DNA from: an uncultured Actinomycetota bacterium
GTDB lineage: Bacteria; Actinomycetota; Acidimicrobiia; Acidimicrobiales; RAAP-2
NCBI GenBank assembly: GCA_963824265.1
Contig: CAWGOO010000002.1
Coordinates: forward strand, 316,744-380,743
Length of the DNA stretch: 64,000 bases
Direction of reading: 5' to 3'
Shown: positions 60,169 to 64,000 of the stretch, piece by piece
How positions within the stretch are numbered: the first letter of the stretch is position 1
Layout: each line of letters starts with the position of its first letter
Translations under genes and position numbers: made by a program
Notes under the pieces: generated by a model
The model's input: the letters and a program-made list of their open reading frames with translations, nothing else
What the model was told of the DNA's origin: nothing
The model's database searches: none

Positions 60169-61747
60169 CTAGAGGTCGTGGTAGATCGTGCCAACCCGGC
60201 CGCCGCGGATGGTGAAGAAGGCGACGACCGCGCCGAGCAGCAGCAGACCGCCGGAGATCTCCAGCGCGAGGTGCAAGCCGGAGCCGAACGCCTCGTAGGC
60301 CGCGTTGACCACCTTGGTGGCGATCTTGGCGACCTCCGCGTTCTTCGAGTGCTCGGCCTGACTGGCCGCGCCACCGTTCCCGACGCCGCCGGTGGTCACC
60401 GCGTGAAGGACGAGCGACTGGAAGCTGGGCGGAATCCCGATCGCCTTCAGCCGGGCGGCCAGATCGCCGGTCAGCTTGGAGTTGACGAGCGAGCCGAGCA
60501 CCGCCACGCCGATCACCGCGCCGAGCTCCCGGCTCGTATTCGTCGCCGACGCCGCCATGCCCGAACGTTCGGGTCGGACGACGGTCAGCGCGGCCGAGGT
60601 CACCGGGACCAGGGCGATCCCGAAGCCGATCCCCGCGATCGGTAGCACCCAGCCGAGCGTGCTGAAGCCGACGTGCGGACCGAGCACGGCGCTCGTCGCC
60701 AGGATGCCGCCGGCCGCCAGCAGGCAGCCGACGACCATCGGCGTCCGGGCACCCGAACGAGCCACCCAGGGGCCGGTCACGGCGGACGCAATGATCAGCC
60801 CGGCGGCCATCGGCAGGAAGTCGAGTGCCGTCTGGTACGCCGACGCCGCGACGACGACCTGGAGGTAGAGGGCGGTGAAGAAGAAGATCGAGAACGTCCC
60901 GAAGTAGGCGACGAACGCCACGAAGTTCGAGCCGACGAACGGCGGCCGCCGGAAGTACCGCAGGTCCAGCATCGGGCTCTTCGACCGCCACTCCACCAGG
61001 ACGAACGCCAGGCCGGTAAGGACAGCGGCGCCGAAGAGGAGCTCGATCGGCCACGCGCCGGAGCCGGAGCTCTCGCCCTGGATGATGGCGAACGAGAGGC
61101 ACGCCAGCGCGGCCGCGCCGAGGATCGTGCCCGGCACGTCGAACCGGCGCCCCTGCGGATCGGACGACTCCGGCACGAACGCCAGGGCCATGACGAACGC
61201 CACCAGTCCGACCGCCAGGTTGAACCAGAAGATGGCCCGCCAGTTCGCCACCCCGACGAGGACGCCGGCGATCACGGGCCCGAGCGCCAACGCCAGGCCG
61301 GAGACCGCCGCCCAGACGCCGAGCGCATCCGCCCGCGTCTCCCGATCGGGGTAGACGTGGCGGAGGATCGACAGCGTCCCCGGCTCCGACGCCGCCGCGC
61401 CGACGCCCATGACCACCCGGCCGGCGATCAGCCAGTTGACGTTCGGCGCCAGCGCGGCCATCGACCGAGCCGGCGCAGAAGACGGCCACCCCGGCCAGCA
61501 TCATCTTCTTGCGGCCGAGCAGGTCGCCCATCGTGCCGGCGGCCAGCATGAAGCTGGCGAACGTCAGCGCGTAGCCGTTGACGACCCACTGCAACGACGC
61601 CACCCCGGCGTGCAGGTCGCTCTGGATATCGGCCAGGCCGACGCTGACGACGGTGTTGTCGAGGAACGTGAGGAAGAGGACGACGCAGAGCGTCGCCAGC
61701 GCGACCGCCTGGGCCGGCGAACCGAGGCCCCCCTTCTCGATCTTCAT
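60169..61747 (-). CDS. MFS transporter, DHA2 (EmrB/QacA, 14-TMS) type; frame break at about 61465
   Basis: N-terminus from ORF 60029..61747 (..FLTFLDNTVVSVGLADIQSDL..GTMGDLLGRKKMMLAGVAVFCAGS) plus ORF 60169..61461 (MAALAPNVNWLIAGRVVMGVGAA..). Confidence 0.85.
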
Positions 61748-61984
61748 CCCGGGGATGGCCCCGGTGGCCGCCTCGCCCGGACGACCGCGGCGACACCGTC
61801 GCCGCCCGCCGCGGCACGACTGGCCGCGTCTCGGTCATCGCGACGTCCAGCCCATGCCACGAACCTACCCGTGGGCCCTCGCCGCGAGACGGGATCGAAC
61901 CAATTTCCGACGAACGAACGTTCGATGAAATCGGCGTCCATACCGGCCATCGGGTGGCCGGATTTGTGTGGAACGCTGAACGTC

Positions 61985-63040
61985 GTGCGAGCGGACCGGC
62001 TGGTGGCCCTGTTGCTGCTGCTCCAGTCCCGTGGTCACGTGACGGCGGCCGAGGTGGCGGCCGAGCTGGAGATCTCCGAGCGAACGGCCCGCCGGGACCT
62101 CGAAGCCCTCGGCATAGCCGGCCTACCGGTCTACTCCCGCCAGGGTCGAGGCGGCGGGTGGCAGCTGCTCGGCGGGGCCCGGACGGACCTGAGCGGCCTG
62201 AACACCGCCGAGGTCCGCGCACTGTTCCTCGTCGCCGGCCCGTCGTCATCGGTCTCCCCGGACGTCAAGGCCGCGCTACGCAAGCTGGTCCGGGCGCTGC
62301 CCGAGCCGTTTCGGACAGACGCCGAGGCCGCGTCGACCGCGGTCGTCGTCGACCCGACCGGCTGGGGGAGCTCACCGCGGGCCGCGCCCCCGACGCCGAC
62401 CCATCTCGACGCCCTGCAGCAGGCCGTCGTCCACGGCGACCAGGTCGTGCTCGGCTACGCCGACCGTCAGGGTGCGTCGAGCCGCCGGACGATCCACCCG
62501 CTCGGCCTGGCCGCGAAGGGGTCGACCTGGTACGTGATCGCCGGCACGGACGCCGGGCAGCGGACGTTCCGGGCCGACCGCGTCACGTCGGTCACCCCGA
62601 CCGGCGACCGGGTCGTCCGACCCGACGGCTTCGACCTCGACGCGGCCTGGCGGCAGGTGACCGAGGAGGTCGGACGGCGCTGGTCCACCGGCTTCGTCGC
62701 CCGGGGCGTCGCCGACCCGGACACCGTCCGACTGCTGCGCATGGTCATGGGCCGGCGCGTCCGGATCGGACCGGCCGGCCCGGACGGTCGGGTGCCGATC
62801 GAGGTCGGCAGCGGGAGCGAGCGGTCGTTGGCGGGCGAGCTGGCCGGCTTCGGCGGCCTGGTCGAGATCACCGACCCGCCGTCGACGCGCCGGTTGCTCG
62901 CCCAGCTCGGCGGCGAGCTCCAGGCCACCTACGGGCCGGATCCCGACCCCCGGTGGGTAACCTGGGACCGATGGCCGCCGGCGACGATCTTCTGGCCTAC
63001 CGGCCACCGGTCGACGACATCCTGGACGCCCTCGACGTGA
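61985..63040 (+). CDS. YafY-family transcriptional regulator (HTH + WYL domain)
   Basis: Internal GTG 61985 of ORF 61409..63040. RADRLVALLLLLQSRGHVTAAEVAAELEISERTARRDLEALGIAGLPVYSRQGRGGGWQL, then ..HPLGLAAKGSTWYVIAG.. The 3' end overlaps the next gene by 70 nt, so the true stop may be earlier. Confidence 0.8.
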   Translation: MRADRLVALLLLLQSRGHVTAAEVAAELEISERTARRDLEALGIAGLPVYSRQGRGGGWQLLGGARTDLSGLNTAEVRALFLVAGPSSSVSPDVKAALRKLVRALPEPFRTDAEAASTAVVVDPTGWGSSPRAAPPTPTHLDALQQAVVHGDQVVLGYADRQGASSRRTIHPLGLAAKGSTWYVIAGTDAGQRTFRADRVTSVTPTGDRVVRPDGFDLDAAWRQVTEEVGRRWSTGFVARGVADPDTVRLLRMVMGRRVRIGPAGPDGRVPIEVGSGSERSLAGELAGFGGLVEITDPPSTRRLLAQLGGELQATYGPDPDPRWVTWDRWPPATIFWPTGHRSTTSWTPST

Positions 63041-64000
63041 CCGGGATCGACGAGGTGCTCGCCCTACCGGCGTTCGACCACGTCGACCGATCGACGGTCG
63101 CTGCCGTGCTCGACGAGTTCGGCCGCTTCGCGGCCGACGTCGTGGCCCCCACCGACCGGGCGGGCGACCGCGAGGGGGCGCGCCTCGACCAGACGGACGG
63201 CCACGTCACGACGCCGGCGTCCTTCGGCCCGGCCTTCGAACAGTTCGTCGCCGCCGGCTGGGGCGCGGTCACCGCACCGCCGGCGTACGGCGGCGGCGGG
63301 TTCCCGGCGTCGGTCGGCCTGGGCCTCCAAGAGATGCTCGGCTCGGCCAACCTGGCGTTCTCGCTCAACCCGGTCCTCACCCAGAGCGCCATCGAGCTGC
63401 TGACGGCCTGGGGTTCGCCGGACCAGCAGGCCCGGTTCCTGCCTCGGCTGGTCACCGGGGAGTGGACGGGCACGATGAACCTGACCGAGCCCGACGCCGG
63501 CTCCGATCTCGCCGCGGTGCGGACGCAGGCCGTGCCGGTCGACGGCGGTGGCTGGCGACTGTCCGGGACCAAGATCTTCATCACCTGGGGCGAGCACGAC
63601 CTGGCCGACAACATCGTCCACCTCGTCCTGGCCCGCACGCCAGACGCCCCGGAAGGCACGAAGGGCCTCTCGCTCTTCATCGTGCCGAAGGTCACCGTGC
63701 TGCGCCGACGGATCGCTCGGCGAGCGCAACGCGGTGCGCTGCATCGGGCTCGAGGGCAAGCTCGGCATCCACGGCAGCCCGACGTGCGTCATGTCGTACG
63801 AGGACGCCGACGCCGAACTGGTCGGCGACCGGCACGGCGGCATCCGGGCGATGTTCACGATGATGAACGCGGCGAGGCTGACCATCGGCATCCAGGGCCC
63901 GAGCGTGGCCGAACGGGCCTACCAGCACGCTCGGGGGTACGCAGAAGGCCGGTACCAGGGGCGGGCGACCGGGGTCCGCCCACCCGCCCGGTCGCCGATC
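62971..64000 (+). CDS. Acyl-CoA dehydrogenase (large FadE type), 5' part; frame break at about 63695-63703; continues beyond the right edge
   Basis: My own translation from ATG 62971: MAAGDDLLAYRPPVDDILDAL...GEWTGTMNLTEPDAGSDLAAVRT..GTKIFITWGEHDLADNIVHLVLART..GLSLFIVPK. It then continues in the +1 frame as ADGSLGERNAVRCIGLEGKLGIHGSPTCVMSYE..MFTMMNAARL. It is not in the ORF track because there is no stop in the window. Confidence 0.85.
   Translation, partial: MAAGDDLLAYRPPVDDILDALDVTGIDEVLALPAFDHVDRSTVAAVLDEFGRFAADVVAPTDRAGDREGARLDQTDGHVTTPASFGPAFEQFVAAGWGAVTAPPAYGGGGFPASVGLGLQEMLGSANLAFSLNPVLTQSAIELLTAWGSPDQQARFLPRLVTGEWTGTMNLTEPDAGSDLAAVRTQAVPVDGGGWRLSGTKIFITWGEHDLADNIVHLVLARTPDAPEGTKGLSLFIVPKVTVLRRRIARRAQRGALHRARGQARHPRQPDVRHVVRGRRRRTGRRPARRHPGDVHDDERGEADHRHPGPERGRTGLPARSGVRRRPVPGAGDRGPPTRPVAD

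Overview
High-GC chromosomal segment of actinobacterial type. The F420-type enzyme families and the GYWLVASDGGVFAYG-type repeat protein suggest Actinomycetota, possibly Acidimicrobiia, but that is a guess. I can support about 65 protein genes, one canonical tRNA (Arg-CCT), one degenerate tRNA-like sequence, several intergenic tandem repeats and a few strong hairpins. I saw no CRISPR array, transposase, integrase or phage structural genes. Most genes encode ordinary metabolism, transport and regulation, and many of them are translationally coupled by ATGA or GTGA overlaps. Examples are ahcY, threonine aldolase, LLM/PPOX/DUF385 oxidoreductases, an amino-acid permease-ALDH-SDR operon, an acyl-CoA synthetase, tag, a CDF exporter and an MFS pump. 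The most interesting locus is 1-6904. It contains a receiver domain fused to a PIG-L/LmbE deacetylase, an ATP-grasp ligase, a processive family-2 glycosyltransferase, a small membrane ORF, a PAS hybrid histidine kinase and YccF, with a divergent CHASE3-like sensor. I interpret this as a phosphorelay-gated glycan synthesis and modification module that I do not recognise as a described system. Secondary points of interest are a low-GC islet with a tRNA-like sequence plus HicB-like and HTH genes (25283-26057), an LLM/thiolase/KASIII/nucleotidyltransferase operon (44918-49001), a beta-helix plus 126-bp-repeat protein (35375-37327) and a two-lobed retropepsin-like secreted protease (33521-34591). 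Important caveat: at least about 22 reading-frame breaks interrupt otherwise well-conserved genes, including three in ahcY and four in the threonine aldolase gene. The protein sequence on both sides of each break is intact, so these look like assembly indels rather than biological pseudogenes. All calls come from reading translations by eye, with no database search, so family names are recognition-based and start codons are approximate.
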